Assembly: GCA_943354005.1 (NCBI GenBank)
Contig: CALRBE010000006.1
Location: 11,674-75,673 of the forward strand
Direction of reading: 5' to 3'
DNA length: 64,000 bases
Origin: an uncultured Candidatus Saccharimonas sp.
GTDB taxonomy: Bacteria; Patescibacteriota; Saccharimonadia; Saccharimonadales; AWTP1-31
The position numbers and the translations under genes are program-made. Positions within the stretch are counted from its first letter, which is position 1; every line of letters begins with the position of its first letter. Below, one piece after another: positions 1-8,053 of this stretch. The notes under the pieces are model-generated. The model ran no database searches and was not told the origin of the DNA. It worked only from the letters and a program-made list of their open reading frames with translations.

Positions 1-268
1 GTGGTGTATAAAGCTTGCTAACGAGTAATACCATAAGTCCATTTATGACTATCATGAAAAGACCAAGGCTTAGAAGAATTGCAGGAAGTGACAGAATAAT
101 TACTATCGGCTTAATAATTGCATTCATTACGGCCAAAACCAATCCAGCAATTACAACTGCCAAAAAGCGAGTAAATGAAATATCGTCACCAAGAATCAAT
201 GAGGCGACCCATAGGCCTAGACCACATACGAACCAACGAATTAGAAAACGCGAAAACGGCTTATTCAT
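1..268 (-). CDS. PF04020-like (YvlD / phage-holin-4_2 family) small membrane protein; 3-prime end cut by window edge
   Basis: I translated the minus strand from ATG 268..266: MNKPFSRFLIRWFVCGLGLWVASLILGDDISF..AVMNAIIKPIVIILSLPAILLSLGLFMIVINGLMVLLVSKLY. The frame stays open to position 1. Multiple hydrophobic helices and the NAxIKP..LSLP motif are typical of this family. It is absent from the ORF track because no stop lies in the window. Confidence 0.6.
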   Translation of the reverse strand, partial: MNKPFSRFLIRWFVCGLGLWVASLILGDDISFTRFLAVVIAGLVLAVMNAIIKPIVIILSLPAILLSLGLFMIVINGLMVLLVSKLYTP

Positions 269-313
269 AGTTGTTAATAGTATACCATGCTGGGTACTAT
301 GTCGCTACTGGCT

Positions 314-1558
314 TTAGAGGTCTCTAGGGAGTTGCTCAGTTAGTATTTCAATGCCTGTCGTAGTAATTAATACGTCATCCTCAATTCGCACTCCAATACC
401 TTCTTCAGGGATGTATATGCCTGGTTCTACCGTCATTACTACCCCAGCTTCTAGCGGGCGACTATAATCTCCAACATCATGAACGTCATAGCCTAAGAAA
501 TGCGAAGTAGCATGTGGAAAGTACTTACGAATCTCATCATCTTCAACATTTTTTATCAGTCCTAGACTTCGTAGTTTCTCGCCCATAAAGTGAGTAACCT
601 GTTTCTCATACTCTGCAAGCATTACTCCTGGTTTCAAAAGTCCAAATGCATAATCTTGGACCTCAATAACTGCCTCATGAATTTGCTGCTGTCTCTTTGT
701 TGGCTCACTGACGGCATAGGTCCTAGAAATATCTGCAGCGTATTGTGAAGATTCAGCACCCACGTCCAGTAGCACGAGAGCTTTCTTAGGGATCAGGCTC
801 TGGTTATGTTCATAGTGAATAACGCAGGCGTTCTTACCTGATGCGACTATTGGATCAAATGCATGACCACGCGCTCCCTTATTTCTGAATCTGTGAGATA
901 GTGTGGCTTCTATTTCGTACTCGTATTTATAGTCTTTAATATCTTTTCTTATATCTAATAAGGCTTCCGATGTAATTCTAATAGCATCTTTAATAGCGCT
1001 TATTTCTTCTGGCTGCTTTACAGTTCGCATTAAAGCAAACTGCTGTCGAAGATCAAGTAGCTCTATGCTAGGGTTAATATCCTTAATGGTTTGGTTAAGT
1101 ACTGCTCGTGCAGGATTAGTATAGTATCCAAAAGTATCTAAGTAGGCAGCTGGTGGCGCGATTGTAGCTACATGTTTAACTCTCTCCAGGCGGTTAGTGA
1201 GCTGTTTCCAACCCCGCTTAGCATCTAGAATCGTTTCTATTCCCGATCTCTGGCTAAGTGCGCCACGGTCTATCGCTCCATAAAAATCTTGTTTTGCCTG
1301 TGATTCTTCGGGAAGTATCAGATACTCTTTGTCCTTATCCAAAACTAAAATGATATCTGGCAAATCAATACCCGTTAAGTACCAGAAGTTTCCGTCCTGC
1401 TTAAACCGATAGGTTGAATCTGTTGATTTTTGCAATTGGCCATTAGCCGTCAATACAATTGGTGCTGTCCCTTGGAAGAGTGCACGTAATCGTTTTCTAT
1501 TATCCTGGAAAAAAGCCTCTGAGAAGTTGTCTTTCATAGCAGAATGATAGTATACCAT
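314..1558 (-). CDS. pepP: Xaa-Pro aminopeptidase (M24B metallopeptidase)
   Basis: 414 aa. It has the pita-bread metal-ligand motifs LLDVGAE..YAADISRT, HATSHFLGYDVHD, VEPGIYIPEEGIGVRIEDDVLIT, plus an N-terminal creatinase-like domain. Confidence 0.85.
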   Translation of the reverse strand: MVYYHSAMKDNFSEAFFQDNRKRLRALFQGTAPIVLTANGQLQKSTDSTYRFKQDGNFWYLTGIDLPDIILVLDKDKEYLILPEESQAKQDFYGAIDRGALSQRSGIETILDAKRGWKQLTNRLERVKHVATIAPPAAYLDTFGYYTNPARAVLNQTIKDINPSIELLDLRQQFALMRTVKQPEEISAIKDAIRITSEALLDIRKDIKDYKYEYEIEATLSHRFRNKGARGHAFDPIVASGKNACVIHYEHNQSLIPKKALVLLDVGAESSQYAADISRTYAVSEPTKRQQQIHEAVIEVQDYAFGLLKPGVMLAEYEKQVTHFMGEKLRSLGLIKNVEDDEIRKYFPHATSHFLGYDVHDVGDYSRPLEAGVVMTVEPGIYIPEEGIGVRIEDDVLITTTGIEILTEQLPRDL

Positions 1559-1577
1559 TAATCAACGATGGCTGCGG

Positions 1578-3089
1578 TTACAGACTTTTTTTAATGCGGT
1601 TTTCTGCTCGGATATACTGCGTGAGTATCGTCGCCTGCTTCGGCCCTAATAATAATTCAAGTTCTTCATGACGAGCCTGCATTACCCCTCGCATACTACC
1701 AAACGTACGAATCAATTTTTTCCGGGTAGCCGGTCCAACGCCTGGGACATCATCAAGAATGCTAGAAGTTTGTCGTTTTACCTTTAGATTGCTGTGGTAA
1801 CTCACTGCGAAACGATGTGACTCGTCACGTATGCGTTGAAGTAGTTTTACGGTATGGGACGTATTGGGTATATCAATAACACTAAAGTCTGGAGTCTCAC
1901 GGATAAAAGCTCGGAGCTTTGTAGCCACTTCTGTATCAATGGAAACTGGTTTCCAGTCTTTTTTTACGACTACTTCTTCATACTTTTTCGCTAGACCAAC
2001 TGCAGGAATTTGAAAATCTTTTTCAGATAATACACTTAGCGCAGCGCGGAGCTGACCCTTGCCGCCATCAATAAGTATAAAGTCTGGTTTTCCCCACTTT
2101 TTAACATTAATATCGCTAAACCTGCGTCTCATAACTTCTCGCATATGTTCAAAGTCATTATTGCCTGGAATACGTGACTTAAACTTTCGGTATTGTGACT
2201 TATCTGCAACTCCGTTAGTAAATACAACCATACTTGCGACCACATCTGTGCCACTCATATGGCTAATATCGTAACCTTCTATTCGTCGGGGAACTTTTGG
2301 TAACTGTAAAAGTTCACTCAGCTCTGTAAGGGCATGGTCTTTAGAAAGATCCATAAATTCCTTGTCGCTAAATAAAATACGTTTATCGAGTTCTTTTAAT
2401 GAACGTATCTGGTCACGGTATTGTGCTGCCTGTTCAAAATCTTTACTGGAAGATGACTGTTTCATAGATTTTTCTAGCTCAGCAATTATTGTTGCTCGTT
2501 GTCCATTTAAAACTCTACCGAGTTTTTTTAGTGATCCAACGTAAGTTTTTGAATCTAATGTTCCAGTTTCTGGACCAGGACATAAATGCAAATGTACTAG
2601 CAGGCAGGCCCTTTGTGGCATAACGAGATGTGTAGAATACGGAAATATTTTTCGTAAATACTTCAAGGCTCTTTTTACTGCAAAGGAGCTTAAATATGGT
2701 CCGTAGTATGTAGCCCCATCGTCAAGTGGCTGCCTGGTCATTGTTACGCTTGGGTATTTACTCTTAAAATCTATACGTACAAAACTTTGGCTCTTATCAT
2801 CACGCAATAGAATATTGTATTTAGGCATATAGCGGCTTACGAGTTCGGATTCGAGAAATAGCGCTTCGAACTCACTCTCAACAACTTGCCAGTCGGTATC
2901 TGCAATTTCTGATACTAATAGCTCAGTTTTAGGATCTCGGTTTCCTGACTTTTGAAAGTACTGTCGAACGCGATTCTTTAAAACTGCTGCCTTGCCAACA
3001 TATATAATTTTTCCTTCAGCATCCTTATGAAAGTAAACACCAGGTGCATTGGGCAAAGTCTTTAATTTTTCAGAAAGCTGTTTGTTCAT
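1578..3089 (-). CDS. uvrC: excinuclease ABC subunit C (short form, 503 aa)
   Basis: It has a GIY-YIG start (GVYFHKDAEGKIIYVGKA..LKNRVRQY), a UVR motif (FEQAAQYRDQIRSLKEL), an RNase H-like endonuclease region (EGYDISH) and a C-terminal HhH (LDDVPGVGPATRKKLIRTFGS). Confidence 0.95.
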   Translation of the reverse strand: MNKQLSEKLKTLPNAPGVYFHKDAEGKIIYVGKAAVLKNRVRQYFQKSGNRDPKTELLVSEIADTDWQVVESEFEALFLESELVSRYMPKYNILLRDDKSQSFVRIDFKSKYPSVTMTRQPLDDGATYYGPYLSSFAVKRALKYLRKIFPYSTHLVMPQRACLLVHLHLCPGPETGTLDSKTYVGSLKKLGRVLNGQRATIIAELEKSMKQSSSSKDFEQAAQYRDQIRSLKELDKRILFSDKEFMDLSKDHALTELSELLQLPKVPRRIEGYDISHMSGTDVVASMVVFTNGVADKSQYRKFKSRIPGNNDFEHMREVMRRRFSDINVKKWGKPDFILIDGGKGQLRAALSVLSEKDFQIPAVGLAKKYEEVVVKKDWKPVSIDTEVATKLRAFIRETPDFSVIDIPNTSHTVKLLQRIRDESHRFAVSYHSNLKVKRQTSSILDDVPGVGPATRKKLIRTFGSMRGVMQARHEELELLLGPKQATILTQYIRAENRIKKSL

Positions 3090-3107
3090 AGATTTCTTTC
3101 AGCAACA

Positions 3108-3989
3108 CTAGGCTACTTTTAACGATACGCTACAGTCTTTACAATATGTTTGCTGTTGGCAGTCATCACATACGAGTACAAGGCGATTACAAGGCATGTC
3201 GGCACAGTTAATGTAGCGGCTGGTGTTTGATTCGCAGTGTACGCAAATGCCAATATCTTTAGACTTATCGCTAAATCGGTGACTCATTCGATCGTCAAAG
3301 ATATGTAGCGAGCCCTCCCAAAGACCTTCGTCTCCATATGCTTCGCCATACTTTACGATACCTCCATCAATTTGATAGACCTCTTTGAAGCCCCTATTTT
3401 TCATAAGAACGCTTAGTGCTTCACAGCGAATGCCACCCGTACAATAAGTCACAACCGGCTTATCTTTGATGTCATCATACTTATCACTTTCAATCTCAGT
3501 AATAAAGTCGCGGGTTGTTTTTGTATCTGGCACTACAGCATTTTTAAACTTACCAACTTCAGCTTCATACGCATTTCGGCCGTCAAAGAATATTACGTCA
3601 TCACCTTTTTCTTCTATAAGCTTATGTAGTGCTTCAGGTTTTAGATGTTTTCCGCCACCGATAACACCGCTCTTATCTACTTTGATTTCGTCAGGTGCCC
3701 CAAAAGAAACAAGCTCATCTCTTACTTTTACGCTCAAACGAGGAAAAGGTTCCGTCCCGGCATCACTCCACTTATACATAATGTCTTTGAAAACAACAGA
3801 CCGATTCATTTCTCGCTTATACTCGCGTAAGTTTTCAATTTCACCTCCGAGGGTGCCATTAATTCCATGTACACTAAGAATAATCCTACCTTTTAGATTA
3901 AGGCGGCTACATAGTTCCTTTTGCCAGCGCATGGTCATTTCTGGGTCGCTCACAGGGACAAATTTGTAATATAGGATTACTTTTTGCAT
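3108..3989 (-). CDS. trhO: rhodanese-domain tRNA U34 hydroxylase TrhO/YceA family (UPF0176)
   Basis: It has the N-terminal YYKF..GRIILSVHGINGTLGG motif, the rhodanese active-site loop YCTGGIRCE and a C-terminal Cys-rich cluster. Confidence 0.85.
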   Translation of the reverse strand: MQKVILYYKFVPVSDPEMTMRWQKELCSRLNLKGRIILSVHGINGTLGGEIENLREYKREMNRSVVFKDIMYKWSDAGTEPFPRLSVKVRDELVSFGAPDEIKVDKSGVIGGGKHLKPEALHKLIEEKGDDVIFFDGRNAYEAEVGKFKNAVVPDTKTTRDFITEIESDKYDDIKDKPVVTYCTGGIRCEALSVLMKNRGFKEVYQIDGGIVKYGEAYGDEGLWEGSLHIFDDRMSHRFSDKSKDIGICVHCESNTSRYINCADMPCNRLVLVCDDCQQQTYCKDCSVSLKVA

Positions 3990-3995
3990 AAGCCT

Positions 3996-4001
3996 ATTAT
4001 A
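3996..4001 (-). promoter_or_regulatory. -10 box (TATAAT) 6 nt upstream of trhO ATG; leaderless geometry
   Basis: The minus-sense sequence reads TATAAT-aggctt-ATG(3989). No SD is present. Confidence 0.45.
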
Positions 4002-4133
4002 TACTAACTACCCCTGTTGAGCAAAATCATTAAACTTATGATATAAACCACCAACTCCCTTTGTAGTTGGTATCCAGACCCCGTAATTGGAACCAAGTGC
4101 TATTTGCTGTGATTTGTATTTTTTTGATTATGT

Positions 4134-4162
4134 TTGTTATAGGGGTGCGCTTATGGTATAGT
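4134..4162 (+). promoter_or_regulatory. sigma70-type promoter candidate upstream of ABC exporter leader
   Basis: The layout is TTGTTA (4134-4139), a 17-nt spacer, then TATAGT (4157-4162) preceded by TGG (extended -10). This implies a roughly 200-nt leader before ATG 4368. Confidence 0.4.
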
Positions 4163-4206
4163 TGGCTTAACTAGCTAAATTAACGGAAAGGGTGAACAGC
4201 ATAACT

Positions 4207-4299
4207 ATGGCAACAAAGTCACAAAACGAAATCTTTTTACCCTATTCGGCCGCTCTTAACTTTAAAGGTGCCATGCGCCGATCAGTTACACTCGTATAA
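4207..4299 (+). CDS. candidate 30-codon upstream ORF / leader peptide (MATKSQNEIFLPYSAALNFKGAMRRSVTLV)
   Basis: ATG 4207 to TAA 4297-4299 by my own translation. It lies between the candidate promoter and the ABC exporter. There is a purine-rich GGAAAGGGTG about 15 nt upstream. It is below the ORF-track size cut-off, and I have no homology evidence. Confidence 0.2.
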   Translation: MATKSQNEIFLPYSAALNFKGAMRRSVTLV

Positions 4300-4367
4300 A
4301 ACGTAAAAAACAAAAGTTCAATAGTAATATTAATCAATTAAAACGAGAGCACTAGGAGGCTCACGTT

Positions 4368-6143
4368 ATGTCAAAACAATTAAACTCTAAGCGTGTAGTC
4401 AGTATCTATTGGGAACATTCAAAGCGCTATAAAAAGAAGCTATGGATAATATACCCATCGATGGTGCTTGCACAGGTGGTGGAAGATTTTATCCAACCAT
4501 TGATCATTAGCTACATCCTTACTAGCCTTGCAACAAGAAATCTAGACCAATTAAAAAATAATAATTTAGTATTGATTCTGCTTGCTCTTGCGCTTACAGA
4601 AGCTTTTGGACTATTCATGTGGAATAGGCTTATTATTCCACTGTTTTGGCGAACCCAAGAAAAGATAATGCGTGACCTCAGTATGACATCCTTTGACCAT
4701 CTCCAGCTAATGAGCGCTCGTTTTTTTGGTGATCGTTTCGCCGGCAGTTTAGTAAGCCAAGTTAATAAATTTGTTAACTCTTTTGAAAGACTGTCTGACG
4801 CTTTGACATGGAACGTCTTTAAACTCATTGTTTCTTTAGTTGCTACTACAATAATACTATTCCCTAAGGCGCCACAAATTTCGATTGCAATATTGGTAAT
4901 TAGCGCAATCTATACTCCGCTCGTTTGGAGATACCGCAAGAAACAACTTCCAACTAATCAGGCTTGGGCTGCAGCCGAAACTGAACGTACCGGCCAATTA
5001 GCTGATGCAATATCGAATATTATGGCTGTGAAGTCTTTTGCAGGCGAGAAAGCTGAACATAAGCGAATGCAGAGTAAAGTTGATGCTGTATTTGATAGAT
5101 CAATGGACACTTTGCGGATGAACACGCGGCATGAAAGCATAACTGGAAGTGTGCAGCGTAGCATAAATGTTTCTGTAATTGTTCTTTCTGTTCTTCTAGC
5201 TATTAATGGGAATATTGATATTGGGGTTATTTACCTAGCATTAACATTTGGGATCGCAATAATGCGTCGTCTTTGGGATCTTAATATGACATTCCGTACT
5301 GTGACACGTGTCTTCGGAGATGCTCATGACATGGCAGAGATTCTTGATACTAAGCCGGAGATTGTTGACATAGATAACCCACAAGAACTAGAGATTAAAG
5401 ATGCTCACATTGATTTCAAAGATGTGACCTTTGCCCATGAAAAAGATGCCGAGCCACTATTTAAGAAACTGTCTATGCATATTGATAACGGAGAAAAAAT
5501 CGGCCTAGTTGGACATAGTGGTGGCGGTAAAACTACTATTACCAAACTACTAATGCGCTTTATGGACATTCAGAACGGCGCTATAAGTATCGACGATCAA
5601 AATATTGCCAATGTAAAGCAGACTGATCTGCGCCGTCATATTGCCTATGTGCCTCAAGAGCCAATCCTGTTTCACCGTACTCTTTCCGAGAATATTGCAT
5701 ACGGACAGCCTAACGCAACACAAGAACAGATAGAACATGTCGCAAAGCTAGCTCATGCACATGAGTTCATCAAAGACCTACCACTTGGATATAAAACTCT
5801 TGTGGGTGAACGTGGAGTTAAACTCTCAGGCGGTCAACGACAGCGTATCGTAATAGCCCGAGCTATGATTAAAGATGCACATATACTAGTTCTAGATGAA
5901 GCCACAAGCGCACTAGATAGTGAGAGTGAAGTACTTATTCAAAAGGCGCTATGGACGCTTATGGAAGGTAAAACAGCTATTGTTATTGCCCACCGTTTAA
6001 GTACCATACAAAAAATGGACCGAATCATAGTTCTCAGTGAAGGTAAAATTATTGAGGAAGGCAGCCATACGCAGTTGCTTGCTAAAAAAGGTGCTTACGC
6101 AAACCTTTGGAAGCACCAATCTGGTGGTTTTATAGAAGATTAA
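4368..6143 (+). CDS. ABC exporter, fused permease/ATPase (MsbA/ABCB type)
   Basis: 591 aa. It has a six-helix TMD followed by an NBD with Walker A GHSGGGKTT, signature LSGGQRQR, Walker B ILVLDEATSALD and H-loop AHRLST. An AGGAGG SD lies 8 nt upstream. Confidence 0.9.
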   Translation: MSKQLNSKRVVSIYWEHSKRYKKKLWIIYPSMVLAQVVEDFIQPLIISYILTSLATRNLDQLKNNNLVLILLALALTEAFGLFMWNRLIIPLFWRTQEKIMRDLSMTSFDHLQLMSARFFGDRFAGSLVSQVNKFVNSFERLSDALTWNVFKLIVSLVATTIILFPKAPQISIAILVISAIYTPLVWRYRKKQLPTNQAWAAAETERTGQLADAISNIMAVKSFAGEKAEHKRMQSKVDAVFDRSMDTLRMNTRHESITGSVQRSINVSVIVLSVLLAINGNIDIGVIYLALTFGIAIMRRLWDLNMTFRTVTRVFGDAHDMAEILDTKPEIVDIDNPQELEIKDAHIDFKDVTFAHEKDAEPLFKKLSMHIDNGEKIGLVGHSGGGKTTITKLLMRFMDIQNGAISIDDQNIANVKQTDLRRHIAYVPQEPILFHRTLSENIAYGQPNATQEQIEHVAKLAHAHEFIKDLPLGYKTLVGERGVKLSGGQRQRIVIARAMIKDAHILVLDEATSALDSESEVLIQKALWTLMEGKTAIVIAHRLSTIQKMDRIIVLSEGKIIEEGSHTQLLAKKGAYANLWKHQSGGFIED

Positions 6144-6145
6144 AT

Positions 6146-6170
6146 AACCCCGCTTTTGCGGGGCTATTTA
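6146..6170. terminator. bidirectional intrinsic terminator between convergent ABC exporter and L25 genes
   Basis: The hairpin is CCCCGC (6148-6153), TTTT loop, GCGGGG (6158-6163). It is flanked by an A-run and a T-run. Confidence 0.75.
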
Positions 6171-6193
6171 AGAGCATAAAGAATTGACAGTTA

Positions 6194-6865
6194 CTATTTA
6201 GCTGCTTCGCTTTTTTCGCCCTCTGCTGGTGCTTCACCACCATTTTCGGATGGTACATCACCTGCTTCGGCTGCGGCCTCGGCAGCTTCGTCTTCTTCGC
6301 TCATTTGAGCTTTGGTTTCTTCTACGACTGCGATAGGATGGTCGGCTGCTGTAATAATAGTTACGCCAGTCGGCACGCTAATATCTGCAACGGTGAGCTT
6401 ATCTCCAATTTCTGCAAGTGAACTAGCGTCTAGAACGATCTCATCAATTAGATCTTTAGGTAGTGCTTCAATTTCGACAGCATCAAGTTGTCGTATGACA
6501 AGATAGCCTGCTTTTTCTGCTGGTATATCTTCGCTTAAGTGAATTGGTACTTCAGTTTGCTGTTTTTCTTTTGCAGAGATCGCATTAAATACAATGTGAG
6601 TTATGGTGTGCTTGCGTGGCTCAAAGGCTACGTCCTTAATAAGTGCCATAAACTTTTTAGTACCAAGCGTTAGATTAACAGGATGATGCTTGCCTGCTGA
6701 TTGGTAGACTTTGTCTATAGCAGTAGAAGGAGCCATGATGTGATGTGATTCTTTTCCATGATCATGAATGACTGCTGGAGTCATGCCATCTCTACGTAGC
6801 TGCCTGACACCCTTACCGACAACGGTTCGTTCTTCAACTTTTAGTGAAATATCTGTTCCTGACAT
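6194..6865 (-). CDS. rplY: 50S ribosomal protein L25, Ctc (long) form with acidic tail
   Basis: The N-terminus reads LKVEERTVVGKGVRQLRRDGMTPAVIH. A two-domain Ctc architecture is followed by an E/A-rich C-terminus. An SD GAGAGGG lies upstream. Confidence 0.85.
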   Translation of the reverse strand: MSGTDISLKVEERTVVGKGVRQLRRDGMTPAVIHDHGKESHHIMAPSTAIDKVYQSAGKHHPVNLTLGTKKFMALIKDVAFEPRKHTITHIVFNAISAKEKQQTEVPIHLSEDIPAEKAGYLVIRQLDAVEIEALPKDLIDEIVLDASSLAEIGDKLTVADISVPTGVTIITAADHPIAVVEETKAQMSEEDEAAEAAAEAGDVPSENGGEAPAEGEKSEAAK

Positions 6866-6950
6866 TATAGTACCCTCTCTTTTTCTGTGTAACTCAAGTA
6901 TACCAAAGAAGTTGCGACTGTTCCGTTGTTATTTGTACGTGCATAAATAA

Positions 6951-6959
6951 TGTTATAAT
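6951..6959 (+). promoter_or_regulatory. extended -10 (TGTTATAAT) 6 nt upstream of dedA ATG; leaderless geometry
   Basis: The sequence reads TGT-TATAAT (6954-6959)-taaagc-ATG(6966). No SD is present. Confidence 0.5.
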
Positions 6960-6965
6960 TAAAGC

Positions 6966-7619
6966 ATGTTTGATATTGATACTTTGATCGCAACTGGAGG
7001 CATAGCATTAATAGCCGCTATTGTATTTGCTGAGTCAGGACTATTGATCGGATTCTTCCTTCCCGGTGATACTTTACTGTTTGGAGCAGGGCTTGCAGCC
7101 TCACAAGGAAAGATATCGCTACCATGGCTACTAGTAGCAGTCATTATCGCAGCTATTGTTGGCGACAATGTTGGTTACAGTATAGGACGACGCGCAGGAC
7201 CCCGCATTTTTAAGAGAAAAGATGGAATTTTATTTAGACAAGAGTACCTGACGAAGTCGGAGAGCTTCTATGAGAAGCATGGCGGTAAAACAATAATCCT
7301 TGCCCGTTTCACTCCAATAGTCAGAACTTTCGCTCCAGTAGTTGCAGGTGCTGGAAAGATGACTCGTAAAAGATTTATGTTGTTCAATGTTTTAGGTGCA
7401 TTTTTGTGGGGAGGCCTACTGCCTATACTCGGATACAGTGTTGGTGGAAGAATACCTCATCTAGATAAGTACATTGAGATTGTAATTATTGGCGTGATGG
7501 TTGCCAGTATCGCGCTTGCCTTTGCGCACATCTTGAAAGATCCAAAGACAAGAGACATGATTATTACTTCGATTAAAAACCAGCTCAGTAAACTAGGTCT
7601 CAATAAGCACGTAAAGTAA
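6966..7619 (+). CDS. dedA: DedA/SNARE-associated family membrane protein
   Basis: It has the motifs GLLIGFFLPGDTLLFGAG and ILARFTPIVRTFAPVVAG, with a multi-pass hydrophobic profile. Confidence 0.85.
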   Translation: MFDIDTLIATGGIALIAAIVFAESGLLIGFFLPGDTLLFGAGLAASQGKISLPWLLVAVIIAAIVGDNVGYSIGRRAGPRIFKRKDGILFRQEYLTKSESFYEKHGGKTIILARFTPIVRTFAPVVAGAGKMTRKRFMLFNVLGAFLWGGLLPILGYSVGGRIPHLDKYIEIVIIGVMVASIALAFAHILKDPKTRDMIITSIKNQLSKLGLNKHVK

Positions 7620-7620
7620 C

Positions 7621-8043
7621 TTACTGACGGAATGTAATTGTTTCGCCGAATGATTCGCGGAAATATTCCGGAATAAGTTTTGGAACTCTAACTGTCTGAT
7701 ATGAACCAGTAGCGTCATATAACACTTGATTAACAAGTAATGCAGAAGCGATAAAGAATGCTTCATTGCGTCCAATAGTCATTTTTATTTTATTTTTTTC
7801 AGCGTATATTCTATCCATACCCCAACTTACATGGTGTAAAAGCTCTGCTGGGTTTTCCGGGTCCTTGGGGTTATCTGGCGGTTTATTATCAATAAACCAC
7901 TCTTTACGTAGCGCATCTAGATGTTCTTGCTGAGCGCCAGCAATATAAACTGCCTGAAGCTCCACTGCCTCGTTACATAGCTTAAATTCCTTGGATAATA
8001 GATTCGCCTGAGCGACGGAAGGTCTATCTTGATCTCTTTCCAT
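7621..8043 (-). CDS. hypothetical cytoplasmic protein (140 aa)
   Basis: The ORF-track entry 7621..8154 overlaps the uvrA 3-prime end. I trimmed it to the internal ATG 8043, which lies 10 nt after the uvrA stop. I recognise no family. Confidence 0.5.
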   Translation of the reverse strand: MERDQDRPSVAQANLLSKEFKLCNEAVELQAVYIAGAQQEHLDALRKEWFIDNKPPDNPKDPENPAELLHHVSWGMDRIYAEKNKIKMTIGRNEAFFIASALLVNQVLYDATGSYQTVRVPKLIPEYFRESFGETITFRQ

Positions 8044-8053
8044 AATAAGTATA

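Noticed and set aside
15-317. 100-aa plus-strand ORF at the left edge.
   Set aside because: Its sequence is Arg/Ile/Thr-rich with no motifs. It lies antisense to a much more convincing PF04020-like membrane protein gene (minus strand, ATG 268) that the track missed because that gene runs off the window.
4144-4171. dif-like sequence GGTGCGCTTAT-GGTATA-GTTGGCTTAAC, resembling the E. coli XerC arm and central region.
   Set aside because: The XerD arm (TTATGTTAAAT) is not matched (about 4/11), and the two arms are not inverted repeats. The segment is better explained as the spacer and -10 of a TTGTTA-17-TATAGT promoter.
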